The position numbers and the translations under genes were made by a program. A DNA stretch of 64,000 nucleotides from NCBI GenBank assembly GCA_016188495.1, contig JACPHU010000002.1:7363-71362 (forward strand), in the 5' to 3' direction. The notes beneath the pieces are model-generated. The model was not told the origin of the DNA, did no database searches, and was given only the letters and a program-made list of their open reading frames with translations. Shown here in pieces: positions 1 to 11,907 of the stretch. This DNA is from Candidatus Uhrbacteria bacterium. Its GTDB lineage: Bacteria > Patescibacteriota > Patescibacteriia > UBA9934 > GWF2-40-263. The stretch's first letter is position 1; every line of letters starts with the position of its first letter.

Positions 1-2
1 CA

Positions 3-746
3 ACGGGAACATCTGTAAATAAACAAAACGAGGCTCGTTATTGGGTTGTGTATGAAGAAACGCAATGCAATCCCTTTCCTTGGGAGCGAGGACAACAGTC
101 TGATACCGTCGACGCTTCGGCAGTTATGCAGTTGTATCAAAATCGTTACGGTCTTTCTCTTCTTTCTCTTGATGTGATTGATGGAGAGAATCCAGACACT
201 TCTTGCGAGGCATGCGGATGCAAAACAGGTCGGAAAATACAGGCAGGCGTGGCGACCCAGGAAGTCGTTGATTTTCTTCTTGCAAGCGGATTTTCGGACC
301 AAGAAAAAAAATCCTTACTGAAAACAAAAAAAGAAGAGAACGAAAATTCCTCTTCTAATTCGGTGGTTGATGATGTATTGAGCCAGCGCGCCCAGAAGCT
401 TGGAAAAGAATATAAGCCCGAATCCTCATCAACGTCCTCAGATTCCAGCGTTTCTTCCAAAGATAAACCTGTTGTCGATATTCCCGACGCCATGGCAGAT
501 AATTCTACCAGCCGCCATTCAGGCGACGATGGAATGATCGAGCAGACAGCCAAGTACCTTCAACAGATGTTCTGGGTCTTCTCGTTGGAGGGTGGGTCTT
601 ATCCAGAGAAGATAGAAGAGATAGATCTGACCGGCGTTGATTTGAAAGGGATTCAATATAACCCCATTGAACAAAACGGGGTATTTGCCAGTTATGAATT
701 GCGCGTGGAATATTCCGATGTGATCGAAATCATGCATCCTCTTTAA
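3..746 (+). CDS. Hypothetical protein, 5'-truncated by the window edge
   Basis: Frame is open from position 3 to TAA at 744-746; contains CEACGC and a Ser/Asp-rich linker; no family recognised. Confidence 0.65.
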   Translation, partial: TGTSVNKQNEARYWVVYEETQCNPFPWERGQQSDTVDASAVMQLYQNRYGLSLLSLDVIDGENPDTSCEACGCKTGRKIQAGVATQEVVDFLLASGFSDQEKKSLLKTKKEENENSSSNSVVDDVLSQRAQKLGKEYKPESSSTSSDSSVSSKDKPVVDIPDAMADNSTSRHSGDDGMIEQTAKYLQQMFWVFSLEGGSYPEKIEEIDLTGVDLKGIQYNPIEQNGVFASYELRVEYSDVIEIMHPL

Positions 747-1399
747 AGATGAAAGTTCTTTTTGAGATCCGCCAGCTTTCCTGTAATCAAGAGTTGGCGT
801 TCGCTTTCCTTGTCCAGTTGAAATGTTTGTGAACCTGATTCTGTGTATTTTGCAGCTGTGATTCCATGAAGATTTGCTTCTGTTGGAGTCAATGGCTGAT
901 TGAGTGTCTGGAACAAAATTTGACACACACGTTCACCTGGATAAATACGGATGACCTGGTTTCCGGCTTCGTTTTGCATGGGGAAAATAAGATGGCCCTT
1001 GTAGCCTGTATCAATAATTCCTGACAGAGAAAGGTCAATACCACGACGGTTAGTTGAGGTACGTGGAAAAAGTACCCCCATCAGATCCATGGCATTAAGC
1101 TCAATTCTCTCGAGACTGGTTCCAATCACAAATTCGTTTGGTAAGAGCTCGAAGTATTGCCCTGGCTGCAGTTGAACTTCGTCGAATTGTTCTTGATGGG
1201 TCTCAACATCATCGATCGCCACTTTTATGGCTCGACGGCCTTTTTCGTCCACAGTCCAGTTACGAGGAATAAGGAATTTATACCCTAATCTTAAATCAAC
1301 GGCATGAGGCTGAATTTGAAATTGATCTAAGGCAGGAGTGAAGACAAGAGCTTTCGTTTCGATCAAGGAAAGGATTTCTTGTCGTATTAAAACAGACAT
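743..1399 (-). CDS. dcd: dCTP deaminase
   Basis: QIQPHAVDLRLG, RTSTNRRG, GIIDTGYKG and YPGERVCQI motifs of the trimeric dCTP deaminase/dUTPase family. Confidence 0.85.
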   Translation of the reverse strand: MSVLIRQEILSLIETKALVFTPALDQFQIQPHAVDLRLGYKFLIPRNWTVDEKGRRAIKVAIDDVETHQEQFDEVQLQPGQYFELLPNEFVIGTSLERIELNAMDLMGVLFPRTSTNRRGIDLSLSGIIDTGYKGHLIFPMQNEAGNQVIRIYPGERVCQILFQTLNQPLTPTEANLHGITAAKYTESGSQTFQLDKESERQLLITGKLADLKKNFHL

Positions 1400-1507
1400 A
1401 GGAGAGAGAGGTAGCTATTTCTTGACAAAGGATTCATTTCTGATATCTTTTTGAGTCATCTAACATCAGGATGATGTCAAACAAACGCATGAGACAGGAG
1501 TAAAGAC

Positions 1508-1927
1508 ATGGATGAAGAACATCCTATCAAGCTTTCGTGGGGTATGCGAGCCGGGCTTATGCTTGGAAGACTTTTTTGCGGATTCATGGCTATTGTGTCT
1601 GCCATAAGTGGGATGCTGCTTCTTGTTTGTGAAATAGCTTCATTTGTCATCATGCTCTCGATTCTTGGGGTCGGGATGGCGAAATTATTTAATCCCGTTG
1701 ATTTTATTCAGATCACTTGGGGAGAAATCATTATCGTTCAGTTCTTCATGGTCCTTGCCGCAGTTCTTATTGCTGTTATTGGTGCATTGGTGGCTATTCT
1801 GGGGACGTTTATTTACCTGAGCGGACATTTGATGGAACCAGCGGTCATCGGCGAGGTGCGTTTCCTTGTACGTGATTTGGTTCACGGATATTGTGAAAAC
1901 CGAAAGATGAAAAAGGAGAAAGAGTAA
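1508..1927 (+). CDS. Orphan membrane protein
   Basis: 139 aa with long hydrophobic segments; AGGAG SD upstream. Confidence 0.65.
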   Translation: MDEEHPIKLSWGMRAGLMLGRLFCGFMAIVSAISGMLLLVCEIASFVIMLSILGVGMAKLFNPVDFIQITWGEIIIVQFFMVLAAVLIAVIGALVAILGTFIYLSGHLMEPAVIGEVRFLVRDLVHGYCENRKMKKEKE

Positions 1928-1961
1928 CGAACATCTGTAAACGACAGATGTTTTTAAATAG

Positions 1962-2001
1962 AAAAACACCTCTTACGCTTTGCGTTAAGAGGTGTTTTTT
2001 T
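1962..2001. terminator. Bidirectional intrinsic terminator
   Basis: AAAAACACCTCTTA...TAAGAGGTGTTTTTTT between convergent genes. Confidence 0.8.
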
Positions 2002-2002
2002 A

Positions 2003-2686
2003 TTAAATGGTTGTATCAATTTTTATTCCAGGACCAATCGTTGAAGTAATCGTTGCATTTCTAATGTAGATTCCTTTAGAAGACTGTGGCTTCAAACGTC
2101 GGATCTGTTCTAAAAGGGCACGAAGATTTTCTTCCAGTTGAGCATCGGTAAATGATTTTCGGCCGAAGATTTGGTGAACGTTTCCTGTCGTGTCGTTTTT
2201 AAAGCTTTCTTTACCCGCCTTTTGTTCCTCAACCATTTTTTTCACGTTCGGGCTTACTGTGTCTGTTTTTGGATTTGGCATGAGTCCGCGTGGTCCAAGC
2301 AAACGAGCGAGTTTGGCGAGTTTAGGCATCATTACTGGAGTGGCAACAGCGACGTCAAAATCAATTTCTCCTTTTTGTGCGATCAGGGCAATGAGTTCTT
2401 CGCCTCCGATAAGGTCGGCTCCCGCTGCCTTTGCTTCCGCTTCTTTATCTCCTTCAACAAAAGCCGCCACGCGTTTGGTTTTTCCTGTCCCATGAGGGAA
2501 GGCAATGGTTCCACGAACCTGCTGGTCGGATTTTGTAGCATCAATTCCTAGACGGACATGGAGTTCGATGGACTCGTTGTATTTGGCTGTGGCTGCCTTT
2601 TTACATAAAGCAATCGCCTCAGGGATGGAATAGATCTTCTTTTTATCAACCAATTTTTTGGCTTCTTCAAAACGTTTACTTGGCAT
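2003..2686 (-). CDS. rplA: 50S ribosomal protein L1
   Basis: LGPRGLMPNPK and DQQVRG motifs; start placed at ATG 2686 (MPSKRF). Confidence 0.97.
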   Translation of the reverse strand: MPSKRFEEAKKLVDKKKIYSIPEAIALCKKAATAKYNESIELHVRLGIDATKSDQQVRGTIAFPHGTGKTKRVAAFVEGDKEAEAKAAGADLIGGEELIALIAQKGEIDFDVAVATPVMMPKLAKLARLLGPRGLMPNPKTDTVSPNVKKMVEEQKAGKESFKNDTTGNVHQIFGRKSFTDAQLEENLRALLEQIRRLKPQSSKGIYIRNATITSTIGPGIKIDTTI

Positions 2687-2687
2687 A

Positions 2688-2722
2688 GTGGTACGGTCGG
2701 TCCTGTTAAATGGACCTCCCAC
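2688..2722 (-). promoter_or_regulatory. Putative L1-binding mRNA leader
   Basis: Minus strand GTGGGAGGTCC-atttaaca-GGACCgaccgtACCAC just before the rplA ATG resembles the GUGGGAG...ACCAC L1 operator. Confidence 0.55.
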
Positions 2723-2748
2723 GATTAAATTTTTATTATTTATTTTTT

Positions 2749-2942
2749 GTAAATCTTCTTAAAATCGATGAGATTGCGGTGCACGTCATGCCGAAGGCAG
2801 ATCCGCCTCTGGCGGAGGCTGCCCGCCCGATCGTCGAACGTTCGTTCGGGCGGGTTGAGCCCCGAGAACCCTACTCAGAGTAGGGAGAACGGGGTCAACG
2901 GGCGCCCGTAAGCCGCAAGATCACTATTTTAAGAAGATTTAC
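2749..2942 (-). repeat. Hairpin element family, copy A1 (rplK-rplA)
   Basis: Perfect 17-bp terminal IR GTAAATCTTCTTAAAAT/ATTTTAAGAAGATTTAC; conserved core; overlaps the rplK TAA. Confidence 0.9.
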
Positions 2943-3367
2943 TTTATTTCTACACCCATCTGACGTGCCGTTCCCGCAATAATATTCATGGCTGCATCAA
3001 CACTTTGGGTATTCAGATCAGGCATTTTCTTTTCTGCGATTTCTTTCAGCTGTGCCTTGGTAATGGAACCAACTTTGTTGGTGAGAGGATTGGCAGAACC
3101 GGACTTAATCCCAGCAGCTTTTTTGATCATGTCAGAAGCCGGAGCTGTTTTGGTAATGAAATCGAATGTGCGGTCATCGTAGACACTGATCACAACCGGA
3201 ACGGTTTCACCTCGTCGATCCTGTGTTTCGTTATTGAAACGGCTGACAAATTCTCCGATAGGGAGTCCGTGTTGACCCAGAGCTGGTCCGATAGGAGGGG
3301 CTGGTGTTGCGGCACCTCCTGGTACTTGTAATTTGATCTGTGTGACGAGTTTTTTGACTTTTGCCAT
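2939..3367 (-). CDS. rplK: 50S ribosomal protein L11
   Basis: [15 protein letters not shown] and IAGTARQMG motifs. Confidence 0.97.
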   Translation of the reverse strand: MAKVKKLVTQIKLQVPGGAATPAPPIGPALGQHGLPIGEFVSRFNNETQDRRGETVPVVISVYDDRTFDFITKTAPASDMIKKAAGIKSGSANPLTNKVGSITKAQLKEIAEKKMPDLNTQSVDAAMNIIAGTARQMGVEIK

Positions 3368-3432
3368 ACTTTTTATAGTGGATTCCCTTGTTTAAGGGCA
3401 ACCACGGCTACGAATAATGCGAATCTTATACC

Positions 3433-3978
3433 TTAGATTTTTTTAATTTGCAAGAAATCGAGCTCAACAGGAGTTTCGCGACCAAACAAATTAACCAGAA
3501 CTTTGATTTTGCCGCGTTCTTCATCAATTTCAGAAACTTTTCCTTCCTGGCCTTTGAAAGGACCGTCTGTAATGGTGACGGAAGAACCTTTTTCAACATC
3601 AAGTTTATATTCCGGTTCATTTACGCCCATGCGTTTTTGAAGAGCTTCCATTTCCGTTTCTGCAATAGGAGTTGGGGTTGTTCCCGTTCCGATAAACCCG
3701 GTGACGTTTGGTGTATTGCGCACGACATACCAAGAGTCGTCTGTTACAACCATTTCTACGAGAACGTATCCCGGAAAGATTTTTTCTTCCACGGTTTTGC
3801 GTTTTCCGTTTTTAATTTTGATCTTTTTTTCCTTTGGAACCAAGACATTGAAGATTTTGTCCTCCATGTCCATGGTCTCGATACGTTGGGTCAGGTTTTC
3901 CGCTACGTTTTCTTCATATCCTGAATACGTATGGATCGCAAACCAACGTCGTCCAAAATTCGCTGTCTGTTTTGCCAT
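3433..3978 (-). CDS. nusG: Transcription termination/antitermination factor NusG
   Basis: WFAIHTYSGYE, FPGYVLVEM, KOW motif and FGRETPVEL. Confidence 0.97.
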   Translation of the reverse strand: MAKQTANFGRRWFAIHTYSGYEENVAENLTQRIETMDMEDKIFNVLVPKEKKIKIKNGKRKTVEEKIFPGYVLVEMVVTDDSWYVVRNTPNVTGFIGTGTTPTPIAETEMEALQKRMGVNEPEYKLDVEKGSSVTITDGPFKGQEGKVSEIDEERGKIKVLVNLFGRETPVELDFLQIKKI

Positions 3979-3982
3979 AGGA

Positions 3983-4207
3983 TTAATTTGTTTTAAGAAT
4001 GAGCCATTCCACTCCCTGAGAAAGCAGAATATCTAAGCCTCCTAAAAATAAGGCAAGAATAACGCATAAGCCGATCACGACGATCGAGTACTTCAGTGTC
4101 TCTTGTTTGCTTGGCCAAGTGACTTTGCGCAGTTCTTCGGTTGATTCTTTCAGATAACGGAATAACCAACGAATCGGATTTTCTTTCTTGTGCGTAATAG
4201 AGGACAT
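3983..4207 (-). CDS. secE: Preprotein translocase subunit SecE
   Basis: ELRKVTWPS plus one TM helix; lies upstream of nusG. Confidence 0.93.
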   Translation of the reverse strand: MSSITHKKENPIRWLFRYLKESTEELRKVTWPSKQETLKYSIVVIGLCVILALFLGGLDILLSQGVEWLILKTN

Positions 4208-4294
4208 AAGCGTATTTTAAAAGGCCCGCTTGAGGGGCCATTTACTCAAACTATAAAGCAAACACTTCTTTTTTGCAAGACTCATCCATGAAAT

Positions 4295-4319
4295 AAAAAA
4301 ATGACCACGAAAGTGGTCA
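4295..4319 (-). terminator. Intrinsic terminator
   Basis: TGACCAC-tttc-GTGGTCA followed by a T run on the minus strand. Confidence 0.6.
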
Positions 4320-5126
4320 GAAAGGGTTTTTTGTAGTGATGGCCCGTTCATAGGCTGGGGTCAGTCTATTTCGAAAAAGTCGGTAAACAAAGGCATCATC
4401 GATTTTTGGAGGTACGATGATCGTCAAGATGTGAGAACGATGGATATTGTCGAATAAAATTTCCCCCATTTCTCGAATAGCTTTTGTACTTTTCAGACAC
4501 ACCAGATAGAGACTTGTCTGGTCTCCTGTCAAACGGATCACTGTCTCTGTTGCTGATTCAAAAAATGGGGTCATGCATACGTCCTTGAGCCAGGACTCTT
4601 TTGAGGATGTTGCTTGGATGGCTGTGAGAAGCTTTTGGGCGCCCACAGGATCCATCTGTCCTTCTTTGAGTTTGAGGGAGATTTTTTGAAGTTCAAACAA
4701 ATCTGCTTGAGAGCGTTTCCAATACTCCATTCCTAAGGTTGAAAGAATCTCTCTGAGCTGGGTCAATTGTTCTTTGAGTTCCTCCATGATCGATTCGTCT
4801 GATCGCCAGAGATGTACTTTTATCGTAATCACGGGAATGATTCCGTAAAAACCTTTCTTGTAGGTGTGTAAGTACTTTCTCAGACCCGCTGTTGAGCTTT
4901 TGACCTGCACATACAGCTGGATTCCATCGGTTGTATCGCAGACAATATCGATCCCTTGTTGATCCTCTTCTTGCGAGGCCATACGAACATTCGTCAACCA
5001 ACCTAGCTCTTCTTTCATTCTCCCGATAATGGTGAGAGCTCGTTTTTCGTTGTGGATACCAAGTAAGTGAGCCGCCCGCAGACGACTCACCGGCAAATGT
5101 CCGATGCGTCTACGGTATTCTTTCAT
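4317..5126 (-). CDS. Orphan protein with PD-(D/E)XK-like nuclease motif
   Basis: EEDQQGIDIV...YVQVKSS; AGGAG SD before ATG 5126; TTGACA-17-TAGGGT promoter at 5245-5217. Confidence 0.6.
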   Translation of the reverse strand: MKEYRRRIGHLPVSRLRAAHLLGIHNEKRALTIIGRMKEELGWLTNVRMASQEEDQQGIDIVCDTTDGIQLYVQVKSSTAGLRKYLHTYKKGFYGIIPVITIKVHLWRSDESIMEELKEQLTQLREILSTLGMEYWKRSQADLFELQKISLKLKEGQMDPVGAQKLLTAIQATSSKESWLKDVCMTPFFESATETVIRLTGDQTSLYLVCLKSTKAIREMGEILFDNIHRSHILTIIVPPKIDDAFVYRLFRNRLTPAYERAITTKNPF

Positions 5127-5247
5127 GACCGTTACTCCTGCAATTACAAGGAACAATTTTCTATTTAAGGAAAGGGTTTTGAGATGGATTCTCTTACTGA
5201 AGAATCCCGTTTGATCACCCTACGCATCCAGAGAAATGATGTCAATG

Positions 5248-5277
5248 AAAAAACGAGAGTCAAGACTCTCGTTTTTT
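5248..5277. terminator. Intrinsic terminator after gyrB
   Basis: AAAAAACGAGAGTC-aa-GACTCTCGTTTTTT. Confidence 0.8.
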
Positions 5278-5278
5278 A

Positions 5279-7378
<2,100 letters not shown>

Positions 7379-7458
7379 TCAGATTCTTTGTCATTTCGTC
7401 ACAAGTTTACAGGAAACCTTCTGTTTATCCAAGTGAGGTCATCTGTGAGCTGTTTTGC

Positions 7459-8397
7459 ATGGTATACTTTGAGTATATGAATGAAGGAGGGTTTCTCCTG
7501 GAAGAAAAAAAGGAGGACAAGCGTTTTTTTCGCCTGTCTTTTTGGTGGGTCGAACATCGTGCGGGGTTACAACGGTTAGGATATCTTTTTTTTATTCTGA
7601 TCGATGCGTGTTTGCTTCTGTTTGTTTTTTGGAATTTGCTAGACGCCTTTGCGATTAGTTCTTTAAAGGAAGAACGTGCTGTTGCCCAGATGGTTGCGTA
7701 TGGTCAATCAGATTTAAATGCGTATACGCGCGCTCATCGCGCGCAGGATCTGGTCGAAGGCCGTCCTCAGGTTTTTTCTACAGGATCAGGTCGGTATGAC
7801 GTATATACGACGCTCCAAAATCCAAATACGGATTGGTGGGCTGAATTTACGTATTCATTTGCGACCAATAGTGGATCAACTGATTCTCAAAAGGGATTTA
7901 TTCTTCCAGGAGAAGAAAAACCCGTTGTTGTTCTTGGAATAGAATCCGGAACACCTCTTACTTCCACATCTCTTTCCCTTGAAACGGTTCGCTGGCACCG
8001 GATCGATCATCATCTCGTGGCCGATTATCAAACATGGATAAAAGATAGATCAGCGATCGACGCTCTAGATACTCAGTTTTCTCAAGAATCTTATGTTGAC
8101 GGAAAAACGTATGGAAGAGCGACGTTTTCTCTGAAAAATGATACAGCTTTCAGTTATTATGATTTAGGTTTATTTGTTCTGTTAAAACGCGGTTCAGCGG
8201 TAGTGGGTATTAATAGAACAACACTTTCTGTCATAGAAAGTGGAGAAAAAGTTGATGTAACACTGAATTGGTTTGGTACGTTGCCGTCGGTTACCCAAGT
8301 GGAAGTGATTCCTGAGTTAAATGTATTTGATTTAGATGCGTATAAGCCGTTAAGTGGAGAAACAACTCGTGATACACGTACGCGCGTCTTTAGATAA
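7459..8397 (+). CDS. Membrane-anchored hypothetical protein (start may be ATG 7477)
   Basis: 312-aa ORF with one TM helix followed by beta-rich domains; directly upstream of rodA. Confidence 0.75.
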   Translation: MVYFEYMNEGGFLLEEKKEDKRFFRLSFWWVEHRAGLQRLGYLFFILIDACLLLFVFWNLLDAFAISSLKEERAVAQMVAYGQSDLNAYTRAHRAQDLVEGRPQVFSTGSGRYDVYTTLQNPNTDWWAEFTYSFATNSGSTDSQKGFILPGEEKPVVVLGIESGTPLTSTSLSLETVRWHRIDHHLVADYQTWIKDRSAIDALDTQFSQESYVDGKTYGRATFSLKNDTAFSYYDLGLFVLLKRGSAVVGINRTTLSVIESGEKVDVTLNWFGTLPSVTQVEVIPELNVFDLDAYKPLSGETTRDTRTRVFR

Positions 8398-8400
8398 ATC

Positions 8401-9549
8401 ATGTTTAAAATACAAACTCAACGTTTTTTTCGATTTTTTTATCCGTTGCGATCGATAGATTGGCTTTTATTTTTGTCGATTTTTTCCCTTCTTTTGATAG
8501 GTCTCTCCGCTATTTACTCCGTCGAACTTTCACAGGACGTTTCAGAATTTATTCATGTACAAAAACAGGTTTTGGCCATTTTTTTGGGTATCGCTGTTTT
8601 TTTCTGTATCGCTCCTTCTAATTACAAACTTCTTCAGAATTATGCGCTGGTTTTGTATTTTTTATGCGCATTGCTTTTGATCGGCGTGTTGGTTCTGGGT
8701 GAGACGATTCGTGGTTCGACCGGTTGGTTTGTGATCGGTTTTGTGAGTTTCCAACCTGTTGAATTAATGAAAGTGAGTTTGGTGATTGCCCTAGCAACCT
8801 ATTTTTCACGTCAGGGGAGACGTCCGTTCGACGCCAGAATGTTTTTGGAAAGCGGGTTCATCAGTTTTATTCCTGTCATGCTTGTTTTACTTCAACCGGA
8901 TTTTGGATCTGCGTCTATCCTATTAGGAATTTGGTTTTTCTTTCTTTTTTTTGCAGGAATTCCTTGGAGATATCTTTTTTATCTCGCGCTAGCGGGCTGT
9001 GTTCTTTTTTTTATCAGTTGGAATTTCCTTTTCGCCGATTATCAAATAGCCCGTATCATGACGTTTCTTGATCCAAGTTTGGACCCATTGGGAAAGGGAT
9101 ATAACGTCACACAAGCCATCATTGCGGTTGGATCCGGAGGATGGTTTGGCAGCGGATTGGGGTTTGGGACCCAGAGTCAGCTGAAGTTTCTTCCCGAAAG
9201 CCAAACAGATTTTATTTTTGCTGTTATTGCGGAAGAATTAGGGTTTTTTGGAGTGTTTCTGTTACTATCCGCTTTCGGTCTATGTCTTTTCCGATTAGGA
9301 CGTCAGGTTTCGCATTCCAGAGATGATTTCACGGCATATCTGGTGTTGGGAATTGCCACCGTTTTTTTTCTTCAAATAGTAGTAAATATCGGAATGAATC
9401 TAGGACTTTTCCCTGTCACGGGAATTGGACTGCCTTTTGTCAGTTACGGGGGAAGCTCGCTTATTGTGATGTTTAGTTTGTTCGCGATCGCTCAGAGCGT
9501 TGCCATTCACTATCGCAGTGGTCATGCGGATGTGGGTGTGTTATCGTAA
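8401..9549 (+). CDS. rodA: Rod shape-determining protein RodA (SEDS family)
   Basis: FQPVELMK, LQPDFGS, FLPESQTDFIF and LPFVSYGGSS motifs. Confidence 0.9.
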   Translation: MFKIQTQRFFRFFYPLRSIDWLLFLSIFSLLLIGLSAIYSVELSQDVSEFIHVQKQVLAIFLGIAVFFCIAPSNYKLLQNYALVLYFLCALLLIGVLVLGETIRGSTGWFVIGFVSFQPVELMKVSLVIALATYFSRQGRRPFDARMFLESGFISFIPVMLVLLQPDFGSASILLGIWFFFLFFAGIPWRYLFYLALAGCVLFFISWNFLFADYQIARIMTFLDPSLDPLGKGYNVTQAIIAVGSGGWFGSGLGFGTQSQLKFLPESQTDFIFAVIAEELGFFGVFLLLSAFGLCLFRLGRQVSHSRDDFTAYLVLGIATVFFLQIVVNIGMNLGLFPVTGIGLPFVSYGGSSLIVMFSLFAIAQSVAIHYRSGHADVGVLS

Positions 9550-9604
9550 TCTTGATGAGGCTGTTCTTGTTATGATTTATTGTTCATCTGTTATTTACTA
9601 TTTT

Positions 9605-10018
9605 ATGTCTTCAATTCTTGGTTCAGAATCTTGGAACGAGGGACTCAAACTCGTCTCTTTTTGTCCGATCTGTGAGACCCGGTATAATCCCATGGAGGCA
9701 CGAATGCTTGGAAAACAAGCAGATGCACATCTTTTGTATATCCAATGTCGTAAATGTGAACATTCCATTCTAGCTCTTGTTTTGGTGAATCAAGTGGGAG
9801 CCAGTTCTATAGGTCTGCTTACAGACTTGGCTTATGAAGATATCCTTCGATTCCGTTCAAATCAAAAAGTCACCGTTGACGATGTGATTGCGACGCATGC
9901 TCTATTGGAATCAAATGATTGGGAAAACGTTCTTGGAGTTTTTTCTGAAAAAAAGAAACATCCTTCTGTTTTACAAAAACGTGAAAAAAAGGAACAAAAG
10001 AATAAAGCCACGCGATAA
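9605..10018 (+). CDS. Hypothetical zinc-binding protein
   Basis: CPIC and CRKC pairs; start placed at MSSILG. Confidence 0.7.
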   Translation: MSSILGSESWNEGLKLVSFCPICETRYNPMEARMLGKQADAHLLYIQCRKCEHSILALVLVNQVGASSIGLLTDLAYEDILRFRSNQKVTVDDVIATHALLESNDWENVLGVFSEKKKHPSVLQKREKKEQKNKATR

Positions 10019-10029
10019 ATCAGTTCTCC

Positions 10030-10058
10030 TTGACTTTTCTTTCGAGATTAAGCACAAT
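10030..10058 (+). promoter_or_regulatory. Putative sigma70 promoter of rplY
   Basis: TTGACT-17-CACAAT. Confidence 0.45.
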
Positions 10059-10081
10059 GCTGGCGAAATTATTGGATTTTT

Positions 10082-10747
10082 ATGAGTCAAAATATTCTTG
10101 AAGCAAAAATACGTTCTGAAAAAGGACGTAAAACAGGTGTTTTACGCTCTGTTGGATCTGTCCCAGCCGTTGTGTATGGAGTAAACACAAAACCACAAAT
10201 GATCACTGTGGATAGAAATCAGTTTATTAAAATGTACCAAGCGGCAGGAGAGAGTTCTATTGTTGAATTAAAGATTGATCAGGGTGAAGCCCTTCACGTC
10301 TTGATTCAAGATTATCAAATCGATCCGATGCGAAGTGAAATTTCTCACGTCGATTTTCGTTCGATCGATATGAATAAGGAGATCGAAACAGAAGTAGATC
10401 TCGAATTTGTGGGACAAGCTCCGGCTGTCAAAGTACTGGGTGGTATCCTCGTCACTTCACGCGAATCTGTAGGAATACGTTGTTTACCTTCACACTTTGT
10501 TCGTTCTATCGCGGTAGATTTAGGCAAGCTCGTGACATTTGATGATGTGATTCGTGTGTCTGATCTCGTCATTTCCGAAGGGATAAAGATTATGGAAGAA
10601 CCAACACTGTCTATCGCTGTTGTGATGCCTCCACGATCAGACGCTGAGTTAGAAGCATTGAATGCCGCTGTTGAAGAAAATGTGACTTCTGTAGAAACCG
10701 TAGAAAAGAAAAAGGAAGAACCTGCAGATGAACAACCATCAAAGTAA
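10082..10747 (+). CDS. rplY: 50S ribosomal protein L25/Ctc
   Basis: VPAVVYG and HVDF motifs plus the C-terminal Ctc domain. Confidence 0.93.
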   Translation: MSQNILEAKIRSEKGRKTGVLRSVGSVPAVVYGVNTKPQMITVDRNQFIKMYQAAGESSIVELKIDQGEALHVLIQDYQIDPMRSEISHVDFRSIDMNKEIETEVDLEFVGQAPAVKVLGGILVTSRESVGIRCLPSHFVRSIAVDLGKLVTFDDVIRVSDLVISEGIKIMEEPTLSIAVVMPPRSDAELEALNAAVEENVTSVETVEKKKEEPADEQPSK

Positions 10748-11849
10748 CATGTCTGGTATCCAGAAAAGATCCATCGACTTAATCCATTGGTTTAAGTCTT
10801 TAAAGAAAACTGACCGGCTTCTGTTGGTCGGTTTTCTTATTGCTGTCGTTCTTAGTGTATTTTGTTTGATGTTAATACCTCAGTTTTTTTATCAAACATC
10901 AAAAATCCAACCTTCTGACGACAAACAAACACAGGCAGTGATTGAACCCACCTATCGCCATCCGTTGACAGGTTCTCTTCTTTACGAAGAGAAGATAAGT
11001 CTTCCGCAGGTTTTTAGTGTCATGATCGATAATCACGAGGATGCTTGGCCACCTTCTGGATTAGAGGAAGCTTTTTTGGTGATTGAAGCACCCGTAGAGG
11101 GGGGTATTTCGCGGACGCTGGCTTTTTTTAGTAACGAACAGGAGGTAGAAAAAATTGGTCCTGTACGTTCTGCGCGTCCTTATTTTCTCGATTGGGCCAA
11201 TGAGTTAGACGCTGTCTATACGCATGTGGGTGGGTCTAATGCCGCTTTGGATTTAATTGCTTCTGGGGGAACATTTGATTTGAATGAGTATTGGTGGGGA
11301 GATTATTTTTGGAGGTCGAACGATCGTTACGCTCCTCATAACGTCTATACTTCCACGAAACTTCTTAATGAGTATTATGAGTTTCGAGAAGAGCAAGGAA
11401 AAACGCCAGAACGTCTTTATGGATTTTGGAAGTTTAAAGATCCTGAGTCCGTTCCAACGGTTGTCTCTCAGATACATATAGATTTTTCAACGCCTGTGTA
11501 CGTGGTTGATTGGGTTTATGACTCTCAGACACAAACGTATACACGATCTCAGTTTCACCAACGTCACCTTGCATCCTCTGGGAAGCAGATAAACGCGAAT
11601 AATATTGCTGTTGTCATCACAGACATTGATGTGATTGATTCCATTGGACGTCGTGAAATTCGAACGCTCGGAGAGGGGCAGGCGATTATTTTTCAAGATG
11701 GACAGATGATAAAGGCTTTATGGAAGAAGTCATCACACACAGAACGTTTGGCGTTTTATGATGCACAAAGCCAGAAGGAAATTTTTATGAATGCAGGAGT
11801 AACCTGGATTGAGGTGATCGAAAGTGAGGATGAATTGATGTATCAATAA
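10728..11849 (+). CDS. DUF3048-family protein
   Basis: HPLTG, VMIDNH, EGGISR, GPVRSARPY and APHNVY motifs. Confidence 0.85.
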   Translation: MNNHQSNMSGIQKRSIDLIHWFKSLKKTDRLLLVGFLIAVVLSVFCLMLIPQFFYQTSKIQPSDDKQTQAVIEPTYRHPLTGSLLYEEKISLPQVFSVMIDNHEDAWPPSGLEEAFLVIEAPVEGGISRTLAFFSNEQEVEKIGPVRSARPYFLDWANELDAVYTHVGGSNAALDLIASGGTFDLNEYWWGDYFWRSNDRYAPHNVYTSTKLLNEYYEFREEQGKTPERLYGFWKFKDPESVPTVVSQIHIDFSTPVYVVDWVYDSQTQTYTRSQFHQRHLASSGKQINANNIAVVITDIDVIDSIGRREIRTLGEGQAIIFQDGQMIKALWKKSSHTERLAFYDAQSQKEIFMNAGVTWIEVIESEDELMYQ

Positions 11850-11864
11850 TAACTGTTTAAATTT

Positions 11865-11907
11865 AAAAGCCGATCGTTTTGGAATGGTCTCAAAACGATC
11901 GGCTTTT
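11865..11907. terminator. Bidirectional intrinsic terminator
   Basis: AAAAGCCGATCGTTTTG...CAAAACGATCGGCTTTT between convergent genes. Confidence 0.8.

Noticed and set aside
4208-4294. tRNA-Trp expected upstream of secE
   Set aside because: No cloverleaf or T-loop motif is visible
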